Below are positions 1 through 12,686 of a stretch of 64,000 nucleotides of DNA, one piece after another. Position numbers and translations under genes: made by a program. Numbering within the stretch: the stretch's first letter is position 1; every line of letters begins with the position of its first letter. The notes under the pieces are model-generated. The model ran no database searches and was not told where the DNA came from. It saw only the letters and a list, made by a program, of their open reading frames with translations. Source of the DNA: Candidatus Cloacimonadales bacterium (GTDB taxonomy: Bacteria; Cloacimonadota; Cloacimonadia; Cloacimonadales; JAFGVF01); assembly GCA_963663475.2 (NCBI GenBank), contig CAXXJV010000002.1:288001-352000 (forward strand), written 5' to 3'.

Positions 1-601
1 TGCCAATTGTAGCTGAATCTACAAAAAAAAGATTGTTTTCTTTACACCATTCAAGCACGGTTGTCATAACTTCTTTATCTGCAGTTGCTTTACTTCCCAT
101 GTGATTATTGAGTCCTACTATTTTATCCAGTTGGCCATACATACTATTTAGTTTATTAATTATTGTTATTGCATCATCATCAGTTTGAATAACTTCTTGG
201 CCAGCATTAATTTTTTCATTCAAAGGTTGCATTGGAGTATGTAAAAGTAGCTCTCTACCAGTATCTTGAAAAAACTCCATTACAAATTCAGAGTAAGGGA
301 GATTAGGAAGTATAGCAAAAGCTACCTGGGGTGGTAACTGACCAAACTTAACTAACAAAGAATCTAACATAAAATTGTTATAATTACCAAAGTCATCAAT
401 AATAATACTTAATTTTGGATAAACTTCTTCTTCTTCATTCTCAGTGGTAATTTCACTTTCTTTATCTAGCTCTTCCTGGTACAAAGTATCTGCAACTTCA
501 TAAGCTGTCTCAACTTCTTTTACTTCTTTTTTCCCACAGGCTACTAGTACAAAAATAAATAGACAGCTTAGTAATATATTTAATTTTTTAATTTTTCCCA
601 T
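1..601 (-). CDS. Divergent polysaccharide deacetylase family lipoprotein (runs off the window start)
   Basis: Manual translation from ATG at 601: MGKIKKLNILLSCLFIFVLVACGKK (lipobox LVAC) ...LSIIIDDFG...AFAILP...LLHTPMQP, typical YibQ-family motifs. Confidence 0.8.
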   Translation of the reverse strand, partial: MGKIKKLNILLSCLFIFVLVACGKKEVKEVETAYEVADTLYQEELDKESEITTENEEEEVYPKLSIIIDDFGNYNNFMLDSLLVKFGQLPPQVAFAILPNLPYSEFVMEFFQDTGRELLLHTPMQPLNEKINAGQEVIQTDDDAITIINKLNSMYGQLDKIVGLNNHMGSKATADKEVMTTVLEWCKENNLFFVDSATIG

Positions 602-1071
602 TTAACCTTATCTCCTATAATAATATAATTTTCCTGACAAAATCCAGCATTGACCTCTAAAACATATTTACTCAATAGGTCACTATGAATATTTTTTTCA
701 GAAAAGGGTTTAGTATTTTCAGCTAAATCTACGATTACACCATCTTCATCTATAAAAATTAAATCCAAGGGTATGTGAGTATTCTTCATCCAGAAATTCA
801 TTTCCTGTTGGTAGGGATAGATAAAGAGCATGCCCTGGTTATTTGCCATAGAATCTCGATACATCAAACCCTGCATCATTTCGCTGTCACTAATTGCAAA
901 CTCAATTTCAATATGTAAAGAATCATGCATTTCTGAAGCTAGTATCCATAAATTACCCTCATGGTGAAAATCAATATTATGCTTAATATCCTGACAAGCC
1001 AGAAATGAAAGACTAACTAGGAATATGATAATAAATAATAAAGTCTTTTCTATTCGGAAATTATTTTGCAT
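580..1071 (-). CDS. DUF192 family protein (probable lipoprotein)
   Basis: QGLMYRDSM..QGMLF..FWMKNTHIPLDLIFID..YVLEVNAG; start probably ATG 1071 (ORF track extends to 1128). Confidence 0.85.
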   Translation of the reverse strand: MQNNFRIEKTLLFIIIFLVSLSFLACQDIKHNIDFHHEGNLWILASEMHDSLHIEIEFAISDSEMMQGLMYRDSMANNQGMLFIYPYQQEMNFWMKNTHIPLDLIFIDEDGVIVDLAENTKPFSEKNIHSDLLSKYVLEVNAGFCQENYIIIGDKVKWEKLKN

Positions 1072-1258
1072 TCTTGTTTTCAACTTGTTCAACTTTAATA
1101 GGATCTTGGCCTTTAGTGAGTTTATCACTCTCTTTACCCAAAATATGGATTACAGCTAATACAACTACAAGAAAAATTACTAGCATTATCATCTTGTTAC
1201 GATAATCTCTTTTAGCTCTTTTTTGAGCTTGTTCTCTTAGCTCATCTTGATAACTCAT
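1061..1258 (-). CDS. Small single-TM membrane protein
   Basis: 65 aa, AGAGG RBS, one hydrophobic helix. Confidence 0.6.
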   Translation of the reverse strand: MSYQDELREQAQKRAKRDYRNKMIMLVIFLVVVLAVIHILGKESDKLTKGQDPIKVEQVENKNAK

Positions 1259-1503
1259 TTTATACCTCTAACTTTTTTTTATTATAAAAAAACAGACAAA
1301 AAAAGTTGTCAATAAAAGAATTTAAATTGCCTTTTTCTTACCTGGCTAAAAAGTATTAAAAAATACCTTAAAAAACTTACAAGAAATTTGAAAAAATACT
1401 AAAAAAAACAAGTAGATAAAATTAGGCTAAATGCTGATAAATAGTGGAATAAACACTAAGTAAAGTGTTAAGAAAAAAAAGAGTAAAAAAAGTGAAAAAT
1501 CTG

Positions 1504-1532
1504 TTGACAAAATAGATGATATTTGATAAATT
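1504..1532 (+). promoter_or_regulatory. Sigma70-type promoter of the gyrBA operon
   Basis: TTGACA-17 bp-TAAATT upstream of gyrB. Confidence 0.55.
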
Positions 1533-1644
1533 GCCTATATGTAAATTACTGATGAATTTGTAACTTTTTTGAAGATATATTACAAATTTAACGACAGATT
1601 CTTATTAATGTAAGAAATCTGTTATAAATATTATAACTTATTAA

Positions 1645-3567
<1,923 letters not shown>

Positions 3568-3584
3568 ACTTAGGAGATTAATTA

Positions 3585-6071
3585 ATGGAAAAGACTAATG
3601 ATCCAAGAATAATAATTAGACAAATAGAAGATGAACTAAAAACATCATACTTAGACTATTCAATGAGTGTGATTGTTTCCCGTGCATTACCAGATGTAAG
3701 AGATGGCTTAAAACCTTCTCAAAGAAGAATCTTATTCGCTATGAATGAGTTAAATTTATCACCTGGTGGTCACTTTAGAAAATGTGCTAAAATCGCTGGT
3801 GATACATCAGGTAACTATCACCCTCATGGTGAACAGGTTGTCTATCCCACTCTTGTTAGATTAGCTCAAGACTGGAATCTTAGATATCCTCTAATCAACG
3901 GACAAGGTAACTTCGGTTCTATTGATGGTGACCCACCTGCTGCTATGCGTTATACAGAAGCTAGACTTCACAAGACTGCTGTTGATTTAATGGTCGATCT
4001 CGACAAAGATACTGTTGATTATAGATCTAACTATGATGAAACTAGAAAAGAACCTGAAGTTTTCCCTTCTAGATTACCAAACTTAATAGTCAATGGCTCC
4101 TCTGGTATTGCCGTAGGTATGGCTACTAATATGGCTCCTCACAATGTAGGTGAAGTATGTGATGCTATAATTGAAACTATTGATAATCCTGACATATCTG
4201 CAACTGATTTGATGCAAATTATTCCTGGTCCTGATTTCCCAACAGGCGGATATATTGTTGGAAGATCTGGTATTAAAGAATATTTTGAAACTGGCCGTGG
4301 TAAGCTAAAAGTTCGTGGTAAGGCAGATATTTTTACTGATAAGAAGAGTGGACAGGAATCTATTATTATTTCTGAAATCCCTTATATGTTAAATAAAACC
4401 TTGCTGATTGAAAAGATTGCTTCTTTAGTTAAAGATAAAAGAATCGAAGGTATTAGCGACATTAGAGACGAGTCTGGTAGAGATGGAATGAGACTGGTTA
4501 TTGTTGTTAAGAAAACTGCTGATGCTAATGTTGTTCTAAATAAACTTTATGCTTATTCTCAGTTGCAAAATACTTTCGGTGTGATTAACTTAGCCCTTGT
4601 TGAAGGTGTTCCTCAAGTTTTATCTATGAAAGAATTATTGGAAAATTTCATTTCCTTTAGACATGGTGTTATCATTCGTAGAACAAAGTATGAATTAGCC
4701 CAAACCGAAGCTAGATTACATATTCTTGAAGGTCTTAGAATTGCTCTTGATAATATTGATGCAATTATTAAAACTATCAGAGCTTCGGAAAGTACTCAAG
4801 ATGCTCGTGATAACCTTATGAGCGAATTCAGCTTAAGTGAAATTCAAGCTAAAGCAATTCTAGATATGAGACTTCAAAAGTTGACTGGTCTAGAAAGAGA
4901 TAAAATTGAAAATGAATATAAAGAATTATCTGCCCTAAGAGATAAACTCAATGAAATTCTTGCAAGTAGAGAATTGCAAATGAATATTATCAAAGAAGAA
5001 ACTCTGGAAATTAAAGAGAAATATGCAGATCCTCGTAGAACAAAAATTATTGAAGGTGAACTAACTCTTGATATGGAAGATCTAATTCCAGAAGAAGACG
5101 TTGTGGTTGTTATCAGTAATGAAGGTTACATTAAAAGAATGCCTGCTGATCTCTATAAGTCTCAAGGTCGTGGAGGAAGAGGATTATCAGGATCAAACCT
5201 CAAGGATACTGATTTTATTCAAAATATCTTCACTGCTTCAACCCATGATTATATTCTCTTCTTCACTGATTTTGGTAAATGTTACTGGCTAAAAGTTTAT
5301 CAGATACCATCAGTAGGAAGACAGGCAAGAGGTAAGGCGATAGTAAACCTAATTAATATCGCTAAAGAAGAAAATATTAAAGCAATTGTGGCAGTAAAAG
5401 AATTTGATGATTCTCATTATATTGTTATGGCTACCCGTAATGGTTTGTTAAAGAAAACTCTCCTAAGTGCTTACTCACGTCCTAGAACAAATGGAATCAT
5501 TGCAATAAAACTTGTTGATGGCGATGAACTCTTAGAAGCAAAACTAACTGATGGTACTAATGATATTATTTTAGCTACTCATAATGGCTATTGTAATAGA
5601 TTCTCTGAAGTTACAGCTAGACCTCTTGGTAGAAATTCTCAAGGTGTATGTGGTATAAAACTAAGAGAAGATGATTTTGTTGTTTCTATGATTGTGGTTG
5701 CTGAAAACTCAGAAGAAACTGTTCTTTCTATTAGTGAAAATGGTTATGGCAAGAGAACAAGCCTTACACAGTATAAAGTTACTAATAGGGGTACAAAAGG
5801 ATTCATTACTCTCAAGACTACTATGAGAAATGGTTACCTAGTTAAACTCTTAGATATTACTGATGATGATGATTTAATGATTACAACTCGTGGTGGTATG
5901 ATTATTAGACAATCAGGTGAATCTATCTCTTCAATTGGTAGAAATACTCAAGGTGTTAGACTTATCAATTTACTTAAGGATGATAAGGTCTTTGATGCTA
6001 CTAGGATTAGAAAAGAAGATGAAGATGATCAAGATGCAAATGTTGAAAATGAGTCTGAAGATAAAGAATAA
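3585..6071 (+). CDS. gyrA: DNA gyrase subunit A
   Basis: RDGLKP, YHPHG, AAMRYTE, GyrA-box QGRGGRG, C-terminal beta-pinwheel repeats. Confidence 0.98.
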   Translation: MEKTNDPRIIIRQIEDELKTSYLDYSMSVIVSRALPDVRDGLKPSQRRILFAMNELNLSPGGHFRKCAKIAGDTSGNYHPHGEQVVYPTLVRLAQDWNLRYPLINGQGNFGSIDGDPPAAMRYTEARLHKTAVDLMVDLDKDTVDYRSNYDETRKEPEVFPSRLPNLIVNGSSGIAVGMATNMAPHNVGEVCDAIIETIDNPDISATDLMQIIPGPDFPTGGYIVGRSGIKEYFETGRGKLKVRGKADIFTDKKSGQESIIISEIPYMLNKTLLIEKIASLVKDKRIEGISDIRDESGRDGMRLVIVVKKTADANVVLNKLYAYSQLQNTFGVINLALVEGVPQVLSMKELLENFISFRHGVIIRRTKYELAQTEARLHILEGLRIALDNIDAIIKTIRASESTQDARDNLMSEFSLSEIQAKAILDMRLQKLTGLERDKIENEYKELSALRDKLNEILASRELQMNIIKEETLEIKEKYADPRRTKIIEGELTLDMEDLIPEEDVVVVISNEGYIKRMPADLYKSQGRGGRGLSGSNLKDTDFIQNIFTASTHDYILFFTDFGKCYWLKVYQIPSVGRQARGKAIVNLINIAKEENIKAIVAVKEFDDSHYIVMATRNGLLKKTLLSAYSRPRTNGIIAIKLVDGDELLEAKLTDGTNDIILATHNGYCNRFSEVTARPLGRNSQGVCGIKLREDDFVVSMIVVAENSEETVLSISENGYGKRTSLTQYKVTNRGTKGFITLKTTMRNGYLVKLLDITDDDDLMITTRGGMIIRQSGESISSIGRNTQGVRLINLLKDDKVFDATRIRKEDEDDQDANVENESEDKE

Positions 6072-6136
6072 ATAAATATTACTTGACATTTAATCCTACA
6101 ATATCATGATAAGATATAAAAAACTGGAGGAATTTA

Positions 6137-7021
6137 GTGCTACTACAAAAATATTTTGTAACCAGACAGAAATTAGTGGATGAAGCTCTTGCAAAATACT
6201 TTGATGACAAAGATAAAAATAGAAAGTATTTAAATGGAGCTATTAGATATTCTCTTCTTCTTGAGGGGAAAAGACTACGTCCCATCCTATTATTTGCTGT
6301 TTATGAGATGCTCAAAGGAAGAAAATCTACCAAATCTCTGGAAAAAATCATGCCAGTTGCTCTTGCACTAGAAATGGTTCATACAGCTTCTTTAGTCCAT
6401 GATGACCTTCCAAGTCTAGACAATGCTTCTGTTAGAAGAGGACAAGCAAGTAATCATGTCAAGTATGATCCTGCAACTGCTATTCTTGTTGGAGATGCTC
6501 TCATTACCAAAGCATTTGAAGTTCTTACAGAATTAAAAGATAAGGAACAGGCAGTGCAATGTGTCAGAATTCTTGCTAAATCAGTGTCAACTTCAGGCAT
6601 TATTGGTGGCCAAACAGTAGATTTAGAATCTAGAACTAAAAGTGTTAAGATTAATGTCCTAAAGTATATACATTTGAAAAAGACAGGAGCTCTTCTACAA
6701 GCAGCTACTGATATGGCTTGTACTCTATGTCAAGCTGAAGAAAATGTAATGATAACTTTAGGAAATTATGCTCTAAATCTAGGTTTATCATATGAAATAA
6801 TTAATGATATTCTTGATGATATGGGAGCCTTAGATATTATTGATAAGGACAATACTTCAAGAGCTAGTAACAGGGCTAACTATGCCAGCCTCATTGGAGT
6901 TGAAACTGCTAAAAAGAATGCTGAGAAATTATTGTCAGATGCCTATAAAATGGTTAAAAACTTCGAAAATAACGATATCTTAATTGAACTAATCAACCTT
7001 GTAAAAGAGAGATTACCTTAG
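6137..7021 (+). CDS. Polyprenyl synthetase (IspA-like), second Asp-rich motif atypical
   Basis: GKRLRP, LVHDDLPSLDN..RRG, GQTVDL, KTGALL. Confidence 0.85.
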   Translation: MLLQKYFVTRQKLVDEALAKYFDDKDKNRKYLNGAIRYSLLLEGKRLRPILLFAVYEMLKGRKSTKSLEKIMPVALALEMVHTASLVHDDLPSLDNASVRRGQASNHVKYDPATAILVGDALITKAFEVLTELKDKEQAVQCVRILAKSVSTSGIIGGQTVDLESRTKSVKINVLKYIHLKKTGALLQAATDMACTLCQAEENVMITLGNYALNLGLSYEIINDILDDMGALDIIDKDNTSRASNRANYASLIGVETAKKNAEKLLSDAYKMVKNFENNDILIELINLVKERLP

Positions 7022-7025
7022 ACCC

Positions 7026-7835
7026 ATGAAAATTATTGATTTGCATACACACATTTTACCAAATGTTGATGATGGCTCTGATTCATTAGAGAAAACCATT
7101 GAACATTTGCATACTATTTCAGAAGCTGGGGTTGAGAAGCTTTTTCTCACCCCCCATTATATGTTGGGAAAATTTGCTAATTCAAAAGCAAATGTTAAAA
7201 AAGAGTATGAGAAATTAAAGGATTCTGTTAAAGATTCTTTAATTAATACACAAGTACTTCTTGGGGCAGAAGTATATTGTGATGATACATTAATAAATCA
7301 AGTTATAGAGGAGAGATTGACTTTAGGTGATTCAAATTATGTGCTTTTTGAGACATCTTTGAATGACACTAGTGATAATTCTAAAAAGTTCATTTATGAA
7401 CTGCAAATGAATCGTTTTAGACCTATCTTAGCTCATCCAGAGCGCTATAGTTATGTTCAATCCCATCCTCATATTGTTAAAGAGTTTATGAATAGGGATG
7501 TCTTACTTCAAGTTAATGCTTCTAGTTTACTTGGTTATCATGGCAAAAAAGTTAAGTATATTGCTTGGAATTTAGTATATAAAGGCTATGCTCATTTTGT
7601 TGCATCTGATGATCATTGTAGACATTCAGATTATATTCTTAAGAAGGCCTATTATAAGGTGGCTGATAAGATTGATGAAAGAACAGCTGATTTGCTATTT
7701 TATACAAACCCCTTAAAAGTCTTTAATAATCAAGAAATTGATACTTTTTATGTAGAGGTTAGAGAAGAGAGTAATAATAAGCACCGGAGGCATAGGCCTT
7801 GGTGGAAGAAATTATTATCTTTTACAATAGGATAG
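7026..7835 (+). CDS. CpsB/CapC (YwqE-like) PHP tyrosine-protein phosphatase
   Basis: DLHTHILPNVDDGS, TPH, AHPERY, ASDDH. Confidence 0.9.
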   Translation: MKIIDLHTHILPNVDDGSDSLEKTIEHLHTISEAGVEKLFLTPHYMLGKFANSKANVKKEYEKLKDSVKDSLINTQVLLGAEVYCDDTLINQVIEERLTLGDSNYVLFETSLNDTSDNSKKFIYELQMNRFRPILAHPERYSYVQSHPHIVKEFMNRDVLLQVNASSLLGYHGKKVKYIAWNLVYKGYAHFVASDDHCRHSDYILKKAYYKVADKIDERTADLLFYTNPLKVFNNQEIDTFYVEVREESNNKHRRHRPWWKKLLSFTIG

Positions 7836-8795
7836 ATGAGAAAGAAAGTTCTAATCACAAACTTACAGAGCTATATTGGCTCTAAATTTTGTAGTGGTAT
7901 TAGTAATAAGGGTTGCGATTATTACGCATTTTATCCTGAAGGCCAAGACCCTCAGAAATATGCGAGTATAAGCAAAAAAATCTTACTAATACCACTAAAT
8001 CTTGCCAACACACTCATTCTTAAAAAACACTTTCAAATGAATGATTATGATACAATTATTCATATTCCTGATTTTCATGCAAACTTAAAAAAAAGTAGAA
8101 ATCATTTACGAATAGCAAATGTTTTTTCTACTCAACAAATTATTGAATATTGTCTTAAGTCTGGAGCAAAATTAATATATTGTTCCTCCGTTGCTATTTA
8201 TGGGAACTCCCCCTTTGAATTGCCTAGTAATGACCTCTCTGAAAAAATCATCTTTGGACATCGTACAAAAATGATAGCAGAAATAGAGTCAAATATAGAG
8301 AGAAGTAGGCTAAAAGGTTTGCAGGCAATTATTTTGCGACCAGCTATTATCTATGGTCAAGGTTCTACTGGATTCTTTGCTACATTAATGAAATTAGTTA
8401 AATACAGGTTGTTACCCAAGGTAAATGAAAGAATTTACATTCACCTTTGCAACATAGAGCTGTTGAATACTATCATAGCTAAGGCCATTTTCAATGAAGA
8501 TGTTTATGGTAAAAACTACAATGTAGCAGATAAAGAACCTGTAATTTTAAAAGAGTTGCTTGATTTTATCAGTTATCAGTACAGGAAAAAAGATTATAAA
8601 ACAATTTTACAGTTGAATCTTTATATAGGTAGAAACATAGCAAATTTATTTTACAGACTAAACTGGTCTTTTGCAGGTAACTTTATGGAGCGGATTACTC
8701 ACAATTGGTTTTATGATATTGAGGACTTAGAAAAAGATTTTTCTTTTACGAAAACAGACACTTTTTCTTCAATAACTAATTTATTTGATAAGTAG
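7836..8795 (+). CDS. NAD-dependent epimerase/dehydratase-like protein (degenerate)
   Basis: YCSSVAIYG, ILRPAIIYG, YNVAD; Gly-rich Rossmann loop and YxxxK not canonical. Confidence 0.65.
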   Translation: MRKKVLITNLQSYIGSKFCSGISNKGCDYYAFYPEGQDPQKYASISKKILLIPLNLANTLILKKHFQMNDYDTIIHIPDFHANLKKSRNHLRIANVFSTQQIIEYCLKSGAKLIYCSSVAIYGNSPFELPSNDLSEKIIFGHRTKMIAEIESNIERSRLKGLQAIILRPAIIYGQGSTGFFATLMKLVKYRLLPKVNERIYIHLCNIELLNTIIAKAIFNEDVYGKNYNVADKEPVILKELLDFISYQYRKKDYKTILQLNLYIGRNIANLFYRLNWSFAGNFMERITHNWFYDIEDLEKDFSFTKTDTFSSITNLFDK

Positions 8796-8807
8796 GTTTT
8801 AATAAAG

Positions 8808-9806
8808 ATGCATAAATACCAAAAATCAATTATTATTGGCATTGTGATTGGTCTAGTTTTCTTTTCTATATGGGCTTATTTTTTTGATTTTTCTCAACTA
8901 ATCCATAATCTTAAGAATCTAAATTTAGCTTTTCTATTTATTAGTATTCTTACATATATTTCAGCCTATTTTGTAAGATCTGTCCGCTGGAATAGACTTT
9001 TAAAGCCAATAAAATCCTTTAAGATTAGGGATACATATCTTTGGGCTTTAAGTGGTAATTTTATTAATTACTTAATTCCTATTAGAGCTGGTGAGGCTGC
9101 TAGGGCGATTATCATAAAGAAAAGAGCAAATATGCCAATATCTTTAGTTTTACCTTCAATTTTTATTGATAAGTTTTTTGATACAGTAGGAATATTCATT
9201 ATATTGGCAATGATACCTTTTCTTGATATTGAAATGGTTCCCATCCTGCAATGGCTAGTTACCATCCTTTTGACAATTTTCACTATAGGAATTTTGATTT
9301 TAATTACTGCTATAGTAGCTGAAGAAAAATTAGTTAGGGTATTGAAAAGAGTATTTTTCTTTATACCTGATAAGTATCAAGACAAGGTATTTTCTATGAT
9401 TGAGCTGTTTGTAGAAGGGACTGCTCTTTTTAAAAATCATAACAAAACTTTTATAGAAGTAATAATTTTAACTATAGTAGGAATAATGCTTGACGGATTG
9501 TATTTCTATTTAATGTTTAAAGCATTCGGATTTGAAACTATGAATGTTGCTATGATATTCTTTGGTTATACCCTTCTAAATCTGGCTTATATCCTGCCTC
9601 AACCACCAGGTCAACTCGGTAGTAATGAACTGCTAATGAGCATAATATTTGTTAGTGGAATGGGAATGAATTATGCTGATGCTGGTTCTCTTATTGCTGT
9701 AGCCCATTTACTTACTGGAATCCTAGTAAGTTTACTAGGAATATTGTCACTAAGTGTTATTGGAATCCGAATTATAGATTTAATTGATAGGAGAAAAAAT
9801 GAGTAA
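8808..9806 (+). CDS. UPF0104 / lysylphosphatidylglycerol synthase TM-domain (flippase-like) protein
   Basis: RSVRW, NYLIPIRAGEAAR, PGQLGSNE, multiple TM helices. Confidence 0.85.
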   Translation: MHKYQKSIIIGIVIGLVFFSIWAYFFDFSQLIHNLKNLNLAFLFISILTYISAYFVRSVRWNRLLKPIKSFKIRDTYLWALSGNFINYLIPIRAGEAARAIIIKKRANMPISLVLPSIFIDKFFDTVGIFIILAMIPFLDIEMVPILQWLVTILLTIFTIGILILITAIVAEEKLVRVLKRVFFFIPDKYQDKVFSMIELFVEGTALFKNHNKTFIEVIILTIVGIMLDGLYFYLMFKAFGFETMNVAMIFFGYTLLNLAYILPQPPGQLGSNELLMSIIFVSGMGMNYADAGSLIAVAHLLTGILVSLLGILSLSVIGIRIIDLIDRRKNE

Positions 9807-10773
9807 TTCTAATGTAGATTTAATAGAAAAATTAAGTAAGATAAAAGAAGATATAGTTCTTGAATTAAAGAAGGTTATTGTTGGACAAGATGATGTAGTT
9901 GAGAAGATTTTAATTGCTCTTTTTGCTAATGGACATATTCTTTTAGAAGGTGTACCAGGTTTAGCCAAAACTCTTTTAATATCTAGTCTGGCCAAAGTCT
10001 TGAACCTAGATTTTAGTAGAATTCAGTTTACTCCTGATTTGATGCCTTCAGATATCACTGGTACAGATATTTTATCTGAAAATAAAAGTGATGGCAAGAG
10101 ATATTTTGAATATATAAAAGGTCCTATCTTTGCTAACATAATTTTAGCTGATGAGATTAATAGAACTCCTCCTAAGACACAGGCAGCTTTATTGCAAGCC
10201 ATGCAGGAATATGAGATTACAAATGGTAATCAAACATATAAATTAGATAGACCATTTCTTGTCTTAGCTACTCAGAATCCTATTGAACAAGAAGGAACAT
10301 ATCCCTTACCAGAGGCCCAACTTGATAGGTTTATGTTCAATATTATCATTGATTACCCTTCTTATGAAGATGAGTTAGAGATTGTTAAAGTTACAACAAA
10401 TACCCAGAACAAGGTGATTAAACCAATAATTTCTGGCCAAGAAATATTAGCAATTCAAAGGGCAATATTAGATATACCTGTTAGTGAACATGTTTATGAA
10501 TATGCAGTAAAATTGGTGAGAAAAACAAGACCTAATTCAGAACTGGTCTCCAGTGAGATTGCTAAACTGATTAGTTGGGGAGCAGGACCAAGAGCTTCTC
10601 AATACTTAGTACTAGCTGCTAAAGCAAGAGCAGCATTACTTGGAAGACTTACCCCTTCTGAAGAAGATATTAAATTTGTGGCTCCATTAGTCTTAAGACA
10701 TAGAGTTCTACCTTCCTTTACTGCAGATGCTGAAGGTATTAAATCTATTGATATAATCAAGAAAATACTCTAA
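9799..10773 (+). CDS. moxR: MoxR family AAA+ ATPase
   Basis: GVPGLAKT, RIQFTPDLMPSD, ADEINR, ATQNPIEQEGTYPLPEAQLDRF. Confidence 0.95.
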   Translation: MSNSNVDLIEKLSKIKEDIVLELKKVIVGQDDVVEKILIALFANGHILLEGVPGLAKTLLISSLAKVLNLDFSRIQFTPDLMPSDITGTDILSENKSDGKRYFEYIKGPIFANIILADEINRTPPKTQAALLQAMQEYEITNGNQTYKLDRPFLVLATQNPIEQEGTYPLPEAQLDRFMFNIIIDYPSYEDELEIVKVTTNTQNKVIKPIISGQEILAIQRAILDIPVSEHVYEYAVKLVRKTRPNSELVSSEIAKLISWGAGPRASQYLVLAAKARAALLGRLTPSEEDIKFVAPLVLRHRVLPSFTADAEGIKSIDIIKKIL

Positions 10774-10777
10774 AATT

Positions 10778-11710
10778 ATGAAAAGAAATATCTTAATTTT
10801 ATTTATTCTGCTTCAGTTAGCTCTTTTACCAGCAGATTTTTATAAATATCTTTGGGATACTGGCAGAGAAATTGATGTTACAGGACAGATTATTGAGCAT
10901 GATGATAAAGTGCTAAGTGTGGGAAATGCCAATGAATTATATGTATACTCCATGTTTGATATTTATAATTTTAACCTGAATGGGGCATATAGACTGAATG
11001 GAGATATTCAAGATATTGAAATTCTTTCTTCTAAGAAAGTTGTAGTTACAACAAACTCAATTAGCAGCTCAATAAGAGATATAGATTCCCTCTTTACGGT
11101 GGGTAGAAAGATTGATGTTAGTGCCTACACTGGAAATGAAATTGTACAAGATGGTACTTTGCTTTATTTGGCGCATGGGGATAATGGCTTAACTGTCTTT
11201 GATATGGGGAATAACTTAGCAAATGAAATAGTAAGTAACTATCATAAAGATTGGGGACTAAATGCTTTAGCTGTCAAATGGCCCTTAGTATATGTTGGAA
11301 ATACTCATGGTGTGGCAAGTGTAAATTTGTCAAATATTAGACATCCAATGCCCTTTGGTCAAAATTATACTCTTTTCTCAGTTAGTGAAATCGAAATATA
11401 TGATGATGTGATGTTTGCTGTTTCTAATAGAAGCTTGAATATTCTCGACATATCAAATCCAGGAAAAATAGAAAATTTAGATGTCTTATATTTTCCTTAT
11501 TCTATAAAAAATATAAAAGTCCATGCTAATGAACTTTATGTGATTTTAGGCCAAGGGGGCTTAGAGATATATAAGATTAACTCTGACGGGTCACTTGACC
11601 ATGCAACTTCTTATAATGATGGTAATTATTTATATGACATTAGCTTTTATCAAGATTATATATTCATGTTAAGTCGTGATAAAAAGTTAAGGATTTTTCA
11701 ATACAGATAG
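10778..11710 (+). CDS. Secreted LVIVD-repeat-like beta-propeller protein
   Basis: Signal peptide; repeats such as LYLAHGDNGLTVFD and LNILDISNP. Confidence 0.6.
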   Translation: MKRNILILFILLQLALLPADFYKYLWDTGREIDVTGQIIEHDDKVLSVGNANELYVYSMFDIYNFNLNGAYRLNGDIQDIEILSSKKVVVTTNSISSSIRDIDSLFTVGRKIDVSAYTGNEIVQDGTLLYLAHGDNGLTVFDMGNNLANEIVSNYHKDWGLNALAVKWPLVYVGNTHGVASVNLSNIRHPMPFGQNYTLFSVSEIEIYDDVMFAVSNRSLNILDISNPGKIENLDVLYFPYSIKNIKVHANELYVILGQGGLEIYKINSDGSLDHATSYNDGNYLYDISFYQDYIFMLSRDKKLRIFQYR

Positions 11711-11848
11711 TATAAGCTTAGATTATGAGACTAACATAACCTAACAAGTTAAGGGTAATGGCTAGTAGTACAGAAATTAAGTAGTTTAAGTTGTTAGCAG
11801 AGAAAAATATCATCTCTTGCTAATTTTTCCCTATTCCTCTTATCCATC

Positions 11849-11919
11849 ATTAATCCTTCCTTTACAGTCTTTCGATGAAAGTCCCAGTTTCATCGAAAGA
11901 CTGTAAAGGAAGGATTAAT
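11849..11919. repeat. Perfect 32-bp-stem palindrome (MITE/REP-like) between convergent genes
   Basis: ATTAATCCTTCCTTTACAGTCTTTCGATGAAA-gtcccag-exact reverse complement. Confidence 0.9.
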
Positions 11920-12187
11920 CATGCTACAAGGATTTAGCAAGCAAAACCAACTCCTATCAGTAAAGTTATACTAGTAACATTCGGCTCAAGTTCAAGTCTG
12001 GTGGGAATAAAATAGGAAAATGAGAATATTTCATTACTATATTGATTCATCAAAAATCCCTGAAAGGGATAAAATAATTTAGCCCAGGGTAAATTATTTA
12101 TCACATTTCCCACTCTCCTTTGGAGAGAGCCTAAAAAGATAGTTGTCTTAGAAGCTAGGAAATAGTCTTGTTTACTTATACCGAAAT

Positions 12188-12679
12188 TTACCTTAAAGCA
12201 TAGATTAAAGCGGTAGTAAGTTTGAGGATATCATTATCATTTTTCTCTAAGATTTGAGCTAGTTTTTGAGAAATTTCCCAGAGAATAACCATACCAATAT
12301 GGTGGTGGTCTTTGATAATCTTAACAAAATCATCGTGACTAATTGAAAAAAGCTTACAGTCGGTAGTAGCCCTTACCGTAGCTGTTCTTAGCTGTTTACC
12401 AAGCAAACCAACTTCTCCAAAAAACGGGTAATCTTTGGCATTCAAACTAATAAGTGTTTTGTTAATATCAATTTGCTGGTCTATGAAAGAAGTCTTTTTT
12501 GATATACAGACTTGTCCTTCGAACAAGAGGAACAGTTCATTACCTGAGCTATCTTCTTCAAAGATAATATCATTAGCTTTAAAATGCACAAGTTTAAGTG
12601 ACTTTGCAATAATGTCTAGTTCTTCTTGCGATAAGTCACTAAACAATTTAATATTTTTAAGGAAGCCTTTATTATTCAC
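12188..12679 (-). CDS. Cyclic nucleotide-binding domain protein
   Basis: LFSDLSQEEL, IFEED..G, FFGEVGLL, RTATVRA. Confidence 0.9.
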   Translation of the reverse strand: MNNKGFLKNIKLFSDLSQEELDIIAKSLKLVHFKANDIIFEEDSSGNELFLLFEGQVCISKKTSFIDQQIDINKTLISLNAKDYPFFGEVGLLGKQLRTATVRATTDCKLFSISHDDFVKIIKDHHHIGMVILWEISQKLAQILEKNDNDILKLTTALIYALR

Positions 12680-12686
12680 GTTAACC

